From Pseudomonas aeruginosa (GTDB lineage Bacteria; Pseudomonadota; Gammaproteobacteria; Pseudomonadales; Pseudomonadaceae): a stretch of DNA of 32,000 nt. The position numbers were made by a program, and so were the translations under genes. Location: assembly GCF_001457615.1 (NCBI RefSeq), contig NZ_LN831024.1, positions 180,001 to 212,000 of the forward strand, written 5' to 3'. Under the pieces are notes generated by a model. It had not been told where the DNA came from and did not search any database. It saw only the letters and a list, made by a program, of their open reading frames with translations. Shown piece after piece: positions 1 to 8,683 of the stretch. Every line of letters starts with the position of its first letter. The stretch's first letter is position 1.

Positions 1-2
1 TG

Positions 3-2423
3 CAGAGCCTGCAGGCGCAGAACGCGGTGACCCCGTCCGGCGTGGTCGAGGCCGGCCCCGAGCGCATCTCGGTGCGCACCTCAGGCAACTTCCGTTCGGA
101 AAAGGACCTGCAGGCGGTCAACCTGCGGGTCAACGATCGTTTCTACCGGCTGTCCGACCTGGCCAGCATCAGCCGCGATTTCGTCGACCCGCCGACCTCG
201 CTGTTCCGCTACAAGGGCGAGCCGGCCATCGGCCTGGCGGTGGCGATGAAGGAGGGCGGCAATATCCTCGAGTTCGGCGAGGCGCTCAATGCGCGCATGC
301 AGGAGATCACCGGCGAACTGCCGGTTGGCGTCGGCGTGCACCAGGTGTCGAACCAGGCCCAGGTGGTGAAGAAGGCGGTCGGCGGTTTCACCCGGGCGCT
401 GTTCGAGGCGGTGGTGATCGTCCTCATCGTCAGCTTCGTCAGCCTCGGCCTGCGCGCCGGGCTGGTGGTGGCCTGCTCGATCCCGCTGGTGCTGGCGATG
501 GTCTTCGTGTTCATGGAATACACCGACATCACCATGCAGCGGGTTTCCCTCGGCGCGCTGATCATCGCCCTCGGCCTGCTGGTGGACGATGCCATGATCA
601 CCGTGGAGATGATGATCACGCGCCTCGAACTGGGCGACTCGCTGCACGACTCGGCGACCTACGCCTACACCTCGACGGCCTTCCCGATGCTCACCGGGAC
701 CCTGGTGACGGTGGCCGGCTTCGTGCCCATCGGGCTCAACGCCAGCTCCGCCGGCGAGTACACCTTCACCCTGTTCGCAGTGATCGCCGTGGCGCTGCTG
801 CTGTCGTGGATCGTCGCGGTGCTGTTCGCCCCGGTGATCGCCGTGCACATCCTGCCGAAGACTCTCAAGCACAAGTCGGAGCAGAAGAAGGGCCGCATCG
901 CCGAGCGTTTCGACAGCCTGCTGCACCTGGCGATGCGCCGGCGCTGGACGACCATCTTCCTCACCGCGCTGCTGTTCGGCGTGTCGCTGTTCCTGATGAA
1001 GTTCGTCCAGCACCAGTTCTTCCCGTCTTCCGACCGTCCGGAACTGCTGGTCGACCTCAACCTGCCGCAAAACAGCAGCATCCACGAGACCAGGGCGGTG
1101 ATGGACCGCCTGGAAGCGACGCTGAAGGACGACGAGGACATCGACCACTGGAGCGCCTACGTCGGCGAAGGCGCGATCCGCTTCTACCTGCCGCTGGACC
1201 AGCAGTTGCAGAACAACTTCTATGGCCAGCTGGTGATCGTCACCAAGGACCTGGAGGCCCGCGAGCGCGTCGCCGCGCGCCTGCGCGATCGCTTGCGCAA
1301 GGACTACGTCGGCATCAGCACCTACGTGCAGCCGCTGGAGATGGGGCCGCCGGTGGGACGGCCGATCCAGTACCGGGTCAGCGGACCGCAGATCGACAAG
1401 GTCCGCGAGTACGCCATGGGCCTGGCCGGCGTGCTCGACGGCAACCCGAACATCGGCGATATCGTCTACGACTGGAACGAGCCCGGGAAGATGCTCAAGA
1501 TCGACATCGCCCAGGACAAGGCGCGCCAGCTCGGGCTTTCCTCCGAGGACGTGGCGCAGATCATGAACAGCGTGGTGACCGGCAGCGCGGTGACCCAGGT
1601 GCGCGACGACATCTACCTGGTGAACGTCATCGGCCGCGCCGAGGATAGCGAGCGCGGCTCGCTGGAGACCCTGGAGAGCCTGCAGATCGTCACGCCCAGC
1701 GGCACCTCGATCCCGCTCAAGGCGTTCGCCAAGGTCAGCTACGAGCTGGAGCAGCCGCTGGTGTGGCGCCGCGACCGCAAGCCGACGATCACGGTGAAGG
1801 CGTCGCTGCGCGGCGAGATCCAGCCCACCGACCTGGTCGCCCGGCTGGCGCCGGAGGTCAAGCGCTTCGCCGACGGCCTGCCGGCGAACTACCGGATCGA
1901 AGTGGGCGGCACGGTGGAGGAGAGCGGCAAGGCCGAGGGCCCGATCGCCAAGGTGGTGCCGCTGATGCTGTTCCTCATGGCGACCTTCCTGATGATCCAG
2001 TTGCAGAGCGTGCAGAAGCTGTTCCTGGTGGCCAGCGTCGCGCCGCTGGGGCTGATCGGGGTGGTCGCGGCGTTGCTGCCGACCGGCACGCCGATGGGCT
2101 TCGTGGCGATCCTCGGGATTCTCGCGCTGATCGGCATCATCATCCGCAACTCGGTGATCCTGGTGACCCAGATCGATGCCTTCGAGAAAGACGGCAAGAC
2201 GCCCTGGGAAGCCGTGCTGGAAGCCACCCACCACCGCACCCGGCCGATCCTGCTGACGGCGGCGGCGGCCAGCCTGGGGATGATCCCCATCGCCCGCGAA
2301 GTGTTCTGGGGGCCGATGGCCTATGCGATGATCGGCGGCATCGTCGCCGCCACGCTGCTCACGCTGATCTTCCTGCCGGCGCTGTACGTCGCCTGGTACC
2401 GGATTCCGGAACCGGGACGCTGA
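3..2423 (+). CDS. triC: RND-family inner-membrane efflux transporter, C-terminal ~800 aa; the 5' end lies upstream of the window
   Basis: The reading frame is open from the window edge (track ORF 27..2423, frame 3). The sequence shows AcrB/RND-type alternation of hydrophobic TM blocks and large periplasmic loops. The symbol comes from remembered PAO1 gene order (PA0158 followed by PA0159...), not from a search. Confidence 0.88.
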   Translation, partial: QSLQAQNAVTPSGVVEAGPERISVRTSGNFRSEKDLQAVNLRVNDRFYRLSDLASISRDFVDPPTSLFRYKGEPAIGLAVAMKEGGNILEFGEALNARMQEITGELPVGVGVHQVSNQAQVVKKAVGGFTRALFEAVVIVLIVSFVSLGLRAGLVVACSIPLVLAMVFVFMEYTDITMQRVSLGALIIALGLLVDDAMITVEMMITRLELGDSLHDSATYAYTSTAFPMLTGTLVTVAGFVPIGLNASSAGEYTFTLFAVIAVALLLSWIVAVLFAPVIAVHILPKTLKHKSEQKKGRIAERFDSLLHLAMRRRWTTIFLTALLFGVSLFLMKFVQHQFFPSSDRPELLVDLNLPQNSSIHETRAVMDRLEATLKDDEDIDHWSAYVGEGAIRFYLPLDQQLQNNFYGQLVIVTKDLEARERVAARLRDRLRKDYVGISTYVQPLEMGPPVGRPIQYRVSGPQIDKVREYAMGLAGVLDGNPNIGDIVYDWNEPGKMLKIDIAQDKARQLGLSSEDVAQIMNSVVTGSAVTQVRDDIYLVNVIGRAEDSERGSLETLESLQIVTPSGTSIPLKAFAKVSYELEQPLVWRRDRKPTITVKASLRGEIQPTDLVARLAPEVKRFADGLPANYRIEVGGTVEESGKAEGPIAKVVPLMLFLMATFLMIQLQSVQKLFLVASVAPLGLIGVVAALLPTGTPMGFVAILGILALIGIIIRNSVILVTQIDAFEKDGKTPWEAVLEATHHRTRPILLTAAAASLGMIPIAREVFWGPMAYAMIGGIVAATLLTLIFLPALYVAWYRIPEPGR

Positions 2424-2510
2424 GCGCGGCGTAAGGGGAAGGGGGCGCCGCCGTAGCAGAGTCTGTGCGGGGGGAAGGAGAGCGGACGGCGGGTGGGCCA
2501 TCCGCCCCGA

Positions 2511-2533
2511 CGCCGGGCAGGGTATGCCCGGCG
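2511..2533 (+). terminator. Candidate stem-loop terminator after triC (9-bp GC stem, weak U tract)
   Basis: CGCCGGGCA (2511-2519) is a perfect reverse complement of TGCCCGGCG (2525-2533) with a 5-nt loop. Only TT follows, so it is not a canonical intrinsic terminator. Confidence 0.3.
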
Positions 2534-2621
2534 TTGCTACGGCGACGGCGGCCAGTATAGGCAGCCCGGCGCCAGGGAAAATCCGACCAATTTACGAATC
2601 TGTTTTGCAACCGAGGTAATA

Positions 2622-3560
2622 GTGGACACATTGCAAGGCATGCGCGTGTTCGCCAGGGTGGTGGACAGCGGCAGCTTCACTTCCGCCGCCCAGGCCCTGG
2701 ACCTGTCCACCGCGCAGGTATCGCGGCTGATCTCCGACCTGGAGGCGCACCTGCAGACGCGCCTGCTGCACCGCACCACCCGGCGCCTGGCCCTGACCGA
2801 GGCCGGCGAGCGCTACCTGGAGCGGTGCCGCGGGATCCTCGAGGACATCGAGGTCGCCGAGGCCGAAGCCGCCGGCGCGCACATCCGCCCCTGCGGCCGC
2901 TTGCGCGTGCAGTCGCTGATGGGCATGGGCCAGCATCACCTGGTGCCGATGATCGCCCGCTACGGCGCACTGTTCCCCGACGTGGTGATCGAGCTGACCC
3001 TGTCCCAGCGCAACCCGGACATGCTCGAGGAAGGCCAGGACGTGCTGATCACCGGCGAGCGCCAGTTGCCCGACTCGGAGTTCGTCGCCCAGCGCCTGGG
3101 CAGCATCCACAGCGTGCTCTGCGCCAGTCCCGGCTACCTGCAGCAGCACGGCGTGCCACGCTCGGTGGACGACCTGGAGCGCCACGTCTGCCTGCGCCTG
3201 CAGGACCCGGCCTACCCGGAGGGCTGGATCTTCGCCGACGAGCAGGGCGAGCGCACCGTCAGCCCGCAGAACACCTTCATGGTCAATGTCGCCGAGGTCA
3301 TGGCCCAGGCGGCCAAGGCCGACCTCGGCATCGCCCTGCTGCCCAGCTACGTGGCGGCCGCGGCGCTGCGCAACGGCGAGCTGCTACGAGTGTTGCCCGG
3401 CCATGCCATGCACCAGCGGACCATCTATGCGCTGTATCCCTCGCGGCGTTACCTGGACGCGAAGATCCGCACCTGGGTCGATCTGTTGCAACAGGAACTT
3501 CCCCAGGCATTCGCCCGCGACGAAACTACCATGCAAAGTTCAAGTTACTGGGCACAGTGA
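2622..3560 (+). CDS. LysR-family transcriptional regulator (PA0159-like)
   Basis: The N-terminal wHTH 'MRVFARVVDSGSFTSAAQALDLSTAQVSRLISDLEAHLQTRLLHRTTRRLALTEAGE' is typical LysR, followed by a LysR substrate-binding-type C-terminus. I chose the GTG at 2622, preceded by GAGG (2613-2616). The track ORF start at 2493 gives an implausible Arg/Gly-rich extension. The ATG at 2640 is an alternative. Confidence 0.85.
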   Translation: MDTLQGMRVFARVVDSGSFTSAAQALDLSTAQVSRLISDLEAHLQTRLLHRTTRRLALTEAGERYLERCRGILEDIEVAEAEAAGAHIRPCGRLRVQSLMGMGQHHLVPMIARYGALFPDVVIELTLSQRNPDMLEEGQDVLITGERQLPDSEFVAQRLGSIHSVLCASPGYLQQHGVPRSVDDLERHVCLRLQDPAYPEGWIFADEQGERTVSPQNTFMVNVAEVMAQAAKADLGIALLPSYVAAAALRNGELLRVLPGHAMHQRTIYALYPSRRYLDAKIRTWVDLLQQELPQAFARDETTMQSSSYWAQ

Positions 3561-3675
3561 AGGATTGTTGTTATTGAGGTAATACTCTCTCGTCTGTTTG
3601 GCTATTTTTCCGAGCATGGCGGTTAACTAATATGGCGCCTGTCCCAAGTGAACAGGGTGTCATCGGAGACCCGCC

Positions 3676-3861
3676 ATGAATCGCCAGATCCTTGCTGCCG
3701 CCATACTCAGTTTGTTTTCCCTCGCATTTTCCCAGGCCGGTTTCGCCGAAGAGTCCTCGCTGATGACCAACCGCATGGTCGACGCCAACCAGCAGGCCAT
3801 CGAGCACCAGCAGGAACTTTCCGCCTCCGCCGCGCAGGCCGGGGCCCGCAGCGACTCCTGA
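3676..3861 (+). CDS. Small (61 aa) predicted secreted protein of unknown function
   Basis: GGAG at 3664-3667 lies 8 nt before the ATG. The N-terminus MNRQILAAAILSLFSLAFSQA|GF looks like a Sec signal peptide with an AxA-like cleavage site. A strong intrinsic terminator lies downstream. It sits in an AT-rich gap where shadow ORFs are less expected. Confidence 0.6.
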   Translation: MNRQILAAAILSLFSLAFSQAGFAEESSLMTNRMVDANQQAIEHQQELSASAAQAGARSDS

Positions 3862-3937
3862 TCTAGCGCATGGCGCCAGCCGCGCCATGGCTTCCCCCGG
3901 GTACTCGGGAAGCGTGAGCCTGGGTACCCTGTCCTTG

Positions 3938-3966
3938 CGCCGCATATGATATGCGGCGTTTTTTTT
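3938..3966 (+). terminator. Rho-independent terminator
   Basis: CGCCGCATA (3938-3946) pairs perfectly with TATGCGGCG (3950-3958) across a 3-nt loop, followed by T8 (3959-3966). Confidence 0.85.
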
Positions 3967-4051
3967 GCCTTCCTGACCGTTCGGACAATTCTTGCAGAAT
4001 ATGTAAAAGACTTTCGTTGGATATCGGGTTTTTCCGATAGTGGCAAAAAAA

Positions 4052-4312
4052 TATAATCGCGCCAGCTCAATGGATAATTGTCGCTGGCTGTCGACGATAT
4101 TCGTTCTGTCTTCATCGATCTCGCCATGCAAGAGCGGGACGTGGAAAGCCTAAAGCCTGATGAGTCGAAGAGACTTTCAATAGAAGAGTCCGACTGCGTT
4201 CCAGCCGGTTTCCAGTGTCCGGAAATACACTGGCAAGACTTCCCGACGCCGAACTTTGATTGCTCCTATTCGACGTCTTCTCAAGGCCGCTGATACCAGC
4301 GGCCTTTTTTTT
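4052..4312 (+). other. Orphan promoter-to-terminator unit; either a TTG-initiated 71-aa ORF (4078..4293) or a ~250-nt small RNA
   Basis: A perfect TATAAT sits at 4052-4057 and a strong terminator at 4285-4312. The only long ORF starts with TTG and has no SD; the internal ATG at 4126 also lacks an SD. Several internal hairpins are present (4061-4088, 4212-4233). Confidence 0.4.
4285..4312 (+). terminator. Rho-independent terminator
   Basis: GGCCGCTG (4285-4292) pairs perfectly with CAGCGGCC (4297-4304) across loop ATAC, followed by T8 (4305-4312). The TGA of ORF 4078..4293 lies at the top of the stem, spanning the last two bases of the 5' arm and the first loop base. Confidence 0.85.
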
Positions 4313-4447
4313 CGGGTTGCGCCCGGCTGGGCGCCCCATGGGAGCGATCGCCCGCGCGACGCCAGCAGAAGCGTCGCCGGGAACGACACCACAACACGCT
4401 TTCCGGCCTTGCCGGATTTCACCACGCTGTAAGAAGGAGCAACCGCA

Positions 4448-5782
4448 ATGAGGAATCTGTTCGCCTTGACGCCGATGGCGCTGGCGCTGTGCACCGCGTC
4501 CGCCGCCTGGGCCGATGAGGGGGAAGCCAAAGAAGGCTTCATCGAAGGCTCCAGCCTCCAATTGCTGACCCGCAACTACTACTTCAACCATGACCGCCGG
4601 CACGCTTCCGGGCACGACAGCAAGGAATGGGCGCAAGGCTTCATCGCCACCTTTCAGTCCGGCTACACGCCCGGCGTGGTCGGCTTCGGCGTCGACGCCT
4701 ACGGCATGCTCGGGCTGAAGCTCGACGGCGGCGGCGGTACCGGCGGCACCAGCATCCTGCCGATCACCGCGCCGAGCAAGGAAGGCTACGAATCCGGCAA
4801 GGCGCCCGATGAGTTCTCCAGTGGCGGGGCGGCGCTGAAGATCCGCGCCTTCGACACCGAGCTGAAGCTGGGCGACCAGTTCCTCAGCAACCCGGTGGTC
4901 GCCGGCGGCGAGTCGCGCATGCTGCCGCAGACCTTCCGCGGTGTGAGCCTGACCAACAACAGTTTCGAGGACCTGACCCTCACGGCTGGCCAGGTCAGTT
5001 TCACCAAGTACTACAACCAGAGTGGCCACCGTCGCCTCGGCTCGTACTACGGCGAACTGCCGGGCGACCGCGACAGCCATCATCTCAGCTGGCTGGGCGG
5101 CACCTGGGGCGGCATCGAGGGCTTCACCAGCAGCCTGTACGCCGCCGAACTGCAGAACGTCTGGAAGCAGTACTACGCCGACGTCGACTACACCTACGAG
5201 ATCGACGACAACTGGTCGCTGAACCCCGGCGCGCACTACTACAAGACCGTCGACAGCGGCGACTCGTTGCTCGGCCGGATCGACAACAACACCTACAGCC
5301 TGCATTTCGCGGTCGGCTACAGGCAGCACACCGTCACCGCGGTGCTGCAGAAGGTCAACGGCAACACGCCGTTCGACTACATCAACCAGGGCGACAGCAT
5401 CTTCCTCGACAACTCGCAGCAGTATTCCGACTTCAACGGTCCCAACGAGAAGTCCTGGAAGCTGCAATACGACTACGACTTCGTCGCCCTCGGCCTACCC
5501 GGCCTGAGCGCCTCGGCCTCGTACTCGCGCGGCAAGCTGGACCTGACCCGGGTCGATCCGGACAGCCCCGGCTACGGCGGCTGGTACAGCGCCGACGGCA
5601 AGAACGCCAAGCACTGGGAACGCGACCTCGACCTGCAGTACGTGGTCCAGGGCGGTCCGGCCAAGGACCTCTCGCTGCGCCTGCGCTGGGCCACCCACCG
5701 CGGCACCGGCGGCTACAGCGCGGTGGACAACGACATCGACGAATACCGGGTGATCGTCGACTATCCCATCGACGTGCTCTGA
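4448..5782 (+). CDS. opdC: OprD-family substrate-specific outer-membrane porin (OpdC, histidine/basic amino acid channel)
   Basis: AAGGAG at 4432-4437 precedes the ATG. There is a signal peptide ending AWA|DE. The hallmark OprD-family N-terminus '[22 protein letters not shown]' is present. The position matches remembered PA0162. Confidence 0.9.
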   Translation: MRNLFALTPMALALCTASAAWADEGEAKEGFIEGSSLQLLTRNYYFNHDRRHASGHDSKEWAQGFIATFQSGYTPGVVGFGVDAYGMLGLKLDGGGGTGGTSILPITAPSKEGYESGKAPDEFSSGGAALKIRAFDTELKLGDQFLSNPVVAGGESRMLPQTFRGVSLTNNSFEDLTLTAGQVSFTKYYNQSGHRRLGSYYGELPGDRDSHHLSWLGGTWGGIEGFTSSLYAAELQNVWKQYYADVDYTYEIDDNWSLNPGAHYYKTVDSGDSLLGRIDNNTYSLHFAVGYRQHTVTAVLQKVNGNTPFDYINQGDSIFLDNSQQYSDFNGPNEKSWKLQYDYDFVALGLPGLSASASYSRGKLDLTRVDPDSPGYGGWYSADGKNAKHWERDLDLQYVVQGGPAKDLSLRLRWATHRGTGGYSAVDNDIDEYRVIVDYPIDVL

Positions 5783-5814
5783 GCCCCGCGCGCTGGGCCC
5801 TTCGCCGGGCTCAG
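5779..5814. terminator. Palindrome between convergent opdC and the AraC gene (possible bidirectional terminator)
   Basis: CTGAGCCC (5779-5786) is a perfect reverse complement of GGGCTCAG (5807-5814) with a 20-nt GC-rich loop. Both stop codons (TGA 5780-5782; TCA 5811-5813) lie in the arms. There are no U tracts. Confidence 0.35.
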
Positions 5815-6608
5815 CGCTGGCGGAACAGTTCGCCGGGAGTGAAGCCGAAGAGTCCCTTGAAGGCGGCGATGTAGGCCGAGGTCGAGTCGTAGCCGCTGTC
5901 CAGGGCGGCGCCGGTGACGCTGTCGCCGGCTTCCAGCGCGTTGAGCGAGGCGAGCAGGCGCTGGCGTTGGCGCCAGAGCCGGTAGTTCATCCCGGTCTCG
6001 CGCTGGAACAGGCGCGACAGGGTCTTTTCCGAGGTGCCCAGGCGCTGCGCCCAGTCGCCCATGGTCAGGCTCTGGGTCGGTTCGTCGATCAGTGCCTGGC
6101 ACAGCCGCAGCAGGCGCGGCTCGCGCGGCATCGGCAGGGAGAAGGCGACCTCCGGCAGCAGCCGCAACTGGTCCAGCAGCACCTGCACCAGCCGCGATTC
6201 GGCGCTGTCGCCCTCCGGGTAGTCCACCGGCAACTCGCAGAAACTCTTGATCAGCTCGCGCGCCAGCGGCGTCACCTCCAGCACCCGGCAACGCGTCGGC
6301 GCCCAGGCGCAGGCGTCGCCACGGATGTACAGGCTGCGCATCTCGGCGCGGGTGGAGGTGACCACCTCGTGTTCCAGCTGCGCCGGAATCCAGATCGCCC
6401 GCTGCGGCGGGGCGAAGAAGCTGCCCTCGGCGGTATGTACGCCGAGCACGCCGCTGATGGCGTAGGAAAGCTGTACCCAGGCGTGCCGGTGGCGCGAGGT
6501 CCAGGAGCCGGCGCGCAGGCTTTCGGCGCGCGCGTAGACCGGCCGTGGCAGGCGGGCGAGGGTGGGAATCGGGCGGTGCAGTTCCGCAGGCTGTCCGTTC
6601 ATCGTCAT
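5811..6608 (-). CDS. AraC/XylS-family transcriptional regulator with N-terminal cupin-like domain (PA0163-like)
   Basis: The C-terminal double HTH reads '...LTMGDWAQRLGTSEKTLSRLFQRETGMNYRLWRQRQRLLASLNALEAGDSVTGAALDSGYDSTSAYIAAFKGLFGFTPGE'. I chose the ATG at 6608 (MTMNGQ...). The track start at 6665 is a TTG only 20 bp from the divergent ggt start. Confidence 0.8.
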   Translation of the reverse strand: MTMNGQPAELHRPIPTLARLPRPVYARAESLRAGSWTSRHRHAWVQLSYAISGVLGVHTAEGSFFAPPQRAIWIPAQLEHEVVTSTRAEMRSLYIRGDACAWAPTRCRVLEVTPLARELIKSFCELPVDYPEGDSAESRLVQVLLDQLRLLPEVAFSLPMPREPRLLRLCQALIDEPTQSLTMGDWAQRLGTSEKTLSRLFQRETGMNYRLWRQRQRLLASLNALEAGDSVTGAALDSGYDSTSAYIAAFKGLFGFTPGELFRQR

Positions 6609-6685
6609 GACTTGGCGTCGTGTCGCTAGTCGGCAGAGTCTGGCAGGGCTAACCTGCCGCCTCAAGTTTCCCGGAGCCCACGCCG

Positions 6686-8302
6686 ATGCTCGACTTCTCC
6701 GCCCACGCGCTTCCCTACGCCTCGCAACGTTCGCCGGTCCATGCCCGCCGCGGCATGGTCGCCACCTCGCAGCCGCAGGCGGCGCAGGTCGGGTTGGAGA
6801 TATTGCGCCGTGGCGGCAATGCCATCGACGCGGCGATCGCCACCGCCGCCGCGCTGACGGTGGTCGAGCCGACCGGCTGCGGGATTGGCGGCGATGCCTT
6901 CGCCCTGGTCTGGACCCGCGGACGCCTGCACGGCCTGGACGCCAGCGGGCGCGCGCCGGGCCTGCTCGATCGCGAGCGGGTGCGCGCCGCCGGCCACGAG
7001 CGGATGCCGCTGTACGGCTGGACGCCGGTCACCGTGCCGGGCTGTCCGGCGGCCTGGGGCGAACTGTCGCGGCGCTTCGGCAAATTGCCGTTCGAACAAC
7101 TGCTGCGGCCGGCGATCGAGCTGGCTCGCGATGGCTTTCCGGTCTCGCCGGTGATCGCCCGCCTGTGGCAGAGCGGCCTGGACAAGTTCCGCGCGGCGTT
7201 GCCGCAGCGGCCCGAGCTGCGGGCCTGGTTCGACGAGTTCCTCATCGACGGCCGGGCGCCGCGCGCCGGCGAGGTGTTCCGCCAGCCGGGCCAGGCCGAC
7301 ACCCTGGACGAGCTGGCGCGCAGCCAGTGCGAAAGCTTCTATCGCGGCGAGCTGGCCAGGGCCATCGTCGGCCACGCCGAGCGCAGCGGCGGCTACCTGC
7401 GCGCGGAGGACCTGGCCGGCTACCAGGCGAAGTGGGTCGAACCGATCTCACTGAACTACCGTGGCTATGACGTCTGGGAGATTCCGCCGAGCGGCCAGGG
7501 CCTGATCGCCCTGATGACCCTGAACATCCTCAAGGGCTTCGAATTCGGCGAGCGCGACTGCGCGCGGACCTGGCATCGCCAACTGGAGGCGATGAAGCTG
7601 GCGTACGTCGACGGGCTGCACTACATCAGCCAGCCGCAGTCGATGCGGGTCTCGGTCGAGGAACTGCTGCACGAGGACTACGCCGCCAGCCGCCGTGCGC
7701 TGATCGGCGAGCGCGCGCTCGATCCCAGTCCCGGCCAGCCGAGGCCGGGCGGCACGGTGTACCTGGCCTGTGGCGACGAGGAGGGCAACCTGGTCTCGTT
7801 CATCCAGAGCAACTACCACGGCTTCGGCTCCGGCGTGGTGGTGCCCGGCACCGGCATCGCCTTGCAGAACCGCGGCGCCGAGTTCAGCCTCGATCCGGAC
7901 CACGTGAATTGCCTGGAGCCGGGCAAGCAGACCTTCCACACCATCATTCCCGGTTTCCTCAGCAAGGACGGCGTGCCGCTCGGCCCGTTCGGCGTGATGG
8001 GCGCCTATATGCAGCCGCAGGGCCACGTGCAGATGGTGATGAACCTGGTGGACTTCGGCCTCAACCCCCAGGCTGCCCTCGACGCGCCGCGCTGGCAGTG
8101 GCTGGGCGGGCTGCGCGTCGGCATCGAACATGCCGCGCCGCGCGCGCTGGCGGCGGAGCTGGCGCAGCGTGGGCACCAGGTGGAGATCGCCTACGACTCG
8201 ACCAGCTACGGGCGCGGCCAGATCGTCCTGCGCGACCCGGCCAGCGGCGTGCTCTGTGGCGGCACCGAGCCGCGCACCGATTCGCAGATCGCGGTGTGGT
8301 GA
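6686..8302 (+). CDS. ggt: Gamma-glutamyltransferase-family (Ntn-hydrolase) protein without signal peptide (PA0164-like)
   Basis: GGT-family motifs are present: 'GGNAIDAAIATAAALTVVEPTGCGIGGDAFALVW', a probable autoprocessing site 'PGG|TVYL', and 'FHTIIPGF'. There is no N-terminal hydrophobic leader. GGAG lies at 6673-6676. Confidence 0.85.
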   Translation: MLDFSAHALPYASQRSPVHARRGMVATSQPQAAQVGLEILRRGGNAIDAAIATAAALTVVEPTGCGIGGDAFALVWTRGRLHGLDASGRAPGLLDRERVRAAGHERMPLYGWTPVTVPGCPAAWGELSRRFGKLPFEQLLRPAIELARDGFPVSPVIARLWQSGLDKFRAALPQRPELRAWFDEFLIDGRAPRAGEVFRQPGQADTLDELARSQCESFYRGELARAIVGHAERSGGYLRAEDLAGYQAKWVEPISLNYRGYDVWEIPPSGQGLIALMTLNILKGFEFGERDCARTWHRQLEAMKLAYVDGLHYISQPQSMRVSVEELLHEDYAASRRALIGERALDPSPGQPRPGGTVYLACGDEEGNLVSFIQSNYHGFGSGVVVPGTGIALQNRGAEFSLDPDHVNCLEPGKQTFHTIIPGFLSKDGVPLGPFGVMGAYMQPQGHVQMVMNLVDFGLNPQAALDAPRWQWLGGLRVGIEHAAPRALAAELAQRGHQVEIAYDSTSYGRGQIVLRDPASGVLCGGTEPRTDSQIAVW

Positions 8303-8631
8303 GGGGACCCATGTGGGTGAGGCGGGGAGACCTGTCCGGCGGATAATGCCCAAGGCGTATCCGCCCTGCGGATGGCGAAGCAAGAAGTCCCGGCAGGCAT
8401 AGGCTGCCAGGCGACCCGTACTCGAGCGCGCTCCGCTACGCAACATCGAGAGCGCCTTCTGGTTGTCATGCCACCGGAGTCTCCCAGGCCCTGGCGAATT
8501 TACGTCCGGGCGTCCTGAAACCCGACGAAAAACCCCATTCGGGGATGAATTCCGCCCGCCGTCTCTGGCATCATCCGCGCCGCTTCTCGCCCGAACGCCG
8601 GGGCGGTGATGTGTAGAAAGACCACGCACTG

Positions 8632-8683
8632 TTTTGTGTACAAAAGTCTGCTGATTCTTTTTGTCACAAATCGTTTTTGTGTA
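8632..8683. promoter_or_regulatory. Array of three TTTTGT-core sites (two palindromes plus one half-site) in an AT-rich patch; candidate operator/promoter region for the Tsx-like gene
   Basis: Site 1 is TTTTGT-gt-ACAAAA (8632-8645). Site 2 is TTTGT-c-ACAAA (8660-8670). The 9-mer TTTTGTGTA is repeated exactly at 8632-8640 and 8675-8683. Confidence 0.35.

Noticed and set aside
2613-3585. The 9-mer GAGGTAATA occurs at both ends of the LysR gene (2613-2621 and 3577-3585), like a target-site duplication.
   Set aside because: There are no terminal inverted repeats, no transposase and no other mobile-element hallmark. The first copy is simply the gene's RBS region. One 9-mer coincidence found post hoc is weak evidence.
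4052-4110. TATAATCGCG...GGATA resembles the 5' end of the purine (xpt-type) riboswitch (UAUAAUCGCGUGGAUAUGG...).
   Set aside because: The conserved junction and loop elements I remember (GUUUCUACC, CCGUAAA, GACUAUG and the P1 closing strand) are absent. The resemblance is limited to about 10 nt and is better read as a -10 hexamer.
3571-4131. A 186-aa minus-strand ORF (and 3660..4127) spanning the AT-rich gap.
   Set aside because: There is no RBS and the sequence is heterogeneous and junk-like. It runs antisense through two plus-strand intrinsic terminators and the well-signalled small secreted-peptide gene.
8330-8410. REP-like hairpin GCGGATA-n12-TATCCGC (8339-8364), with further CGGAT copies, just after ggt.
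   Set aside because: It is probably just a weak terminator or REP-type stem after ggt. The arms are too short, and I could not recognise a defined P. aeruginosa REP consensus from memory, so I did not call it as a feature.
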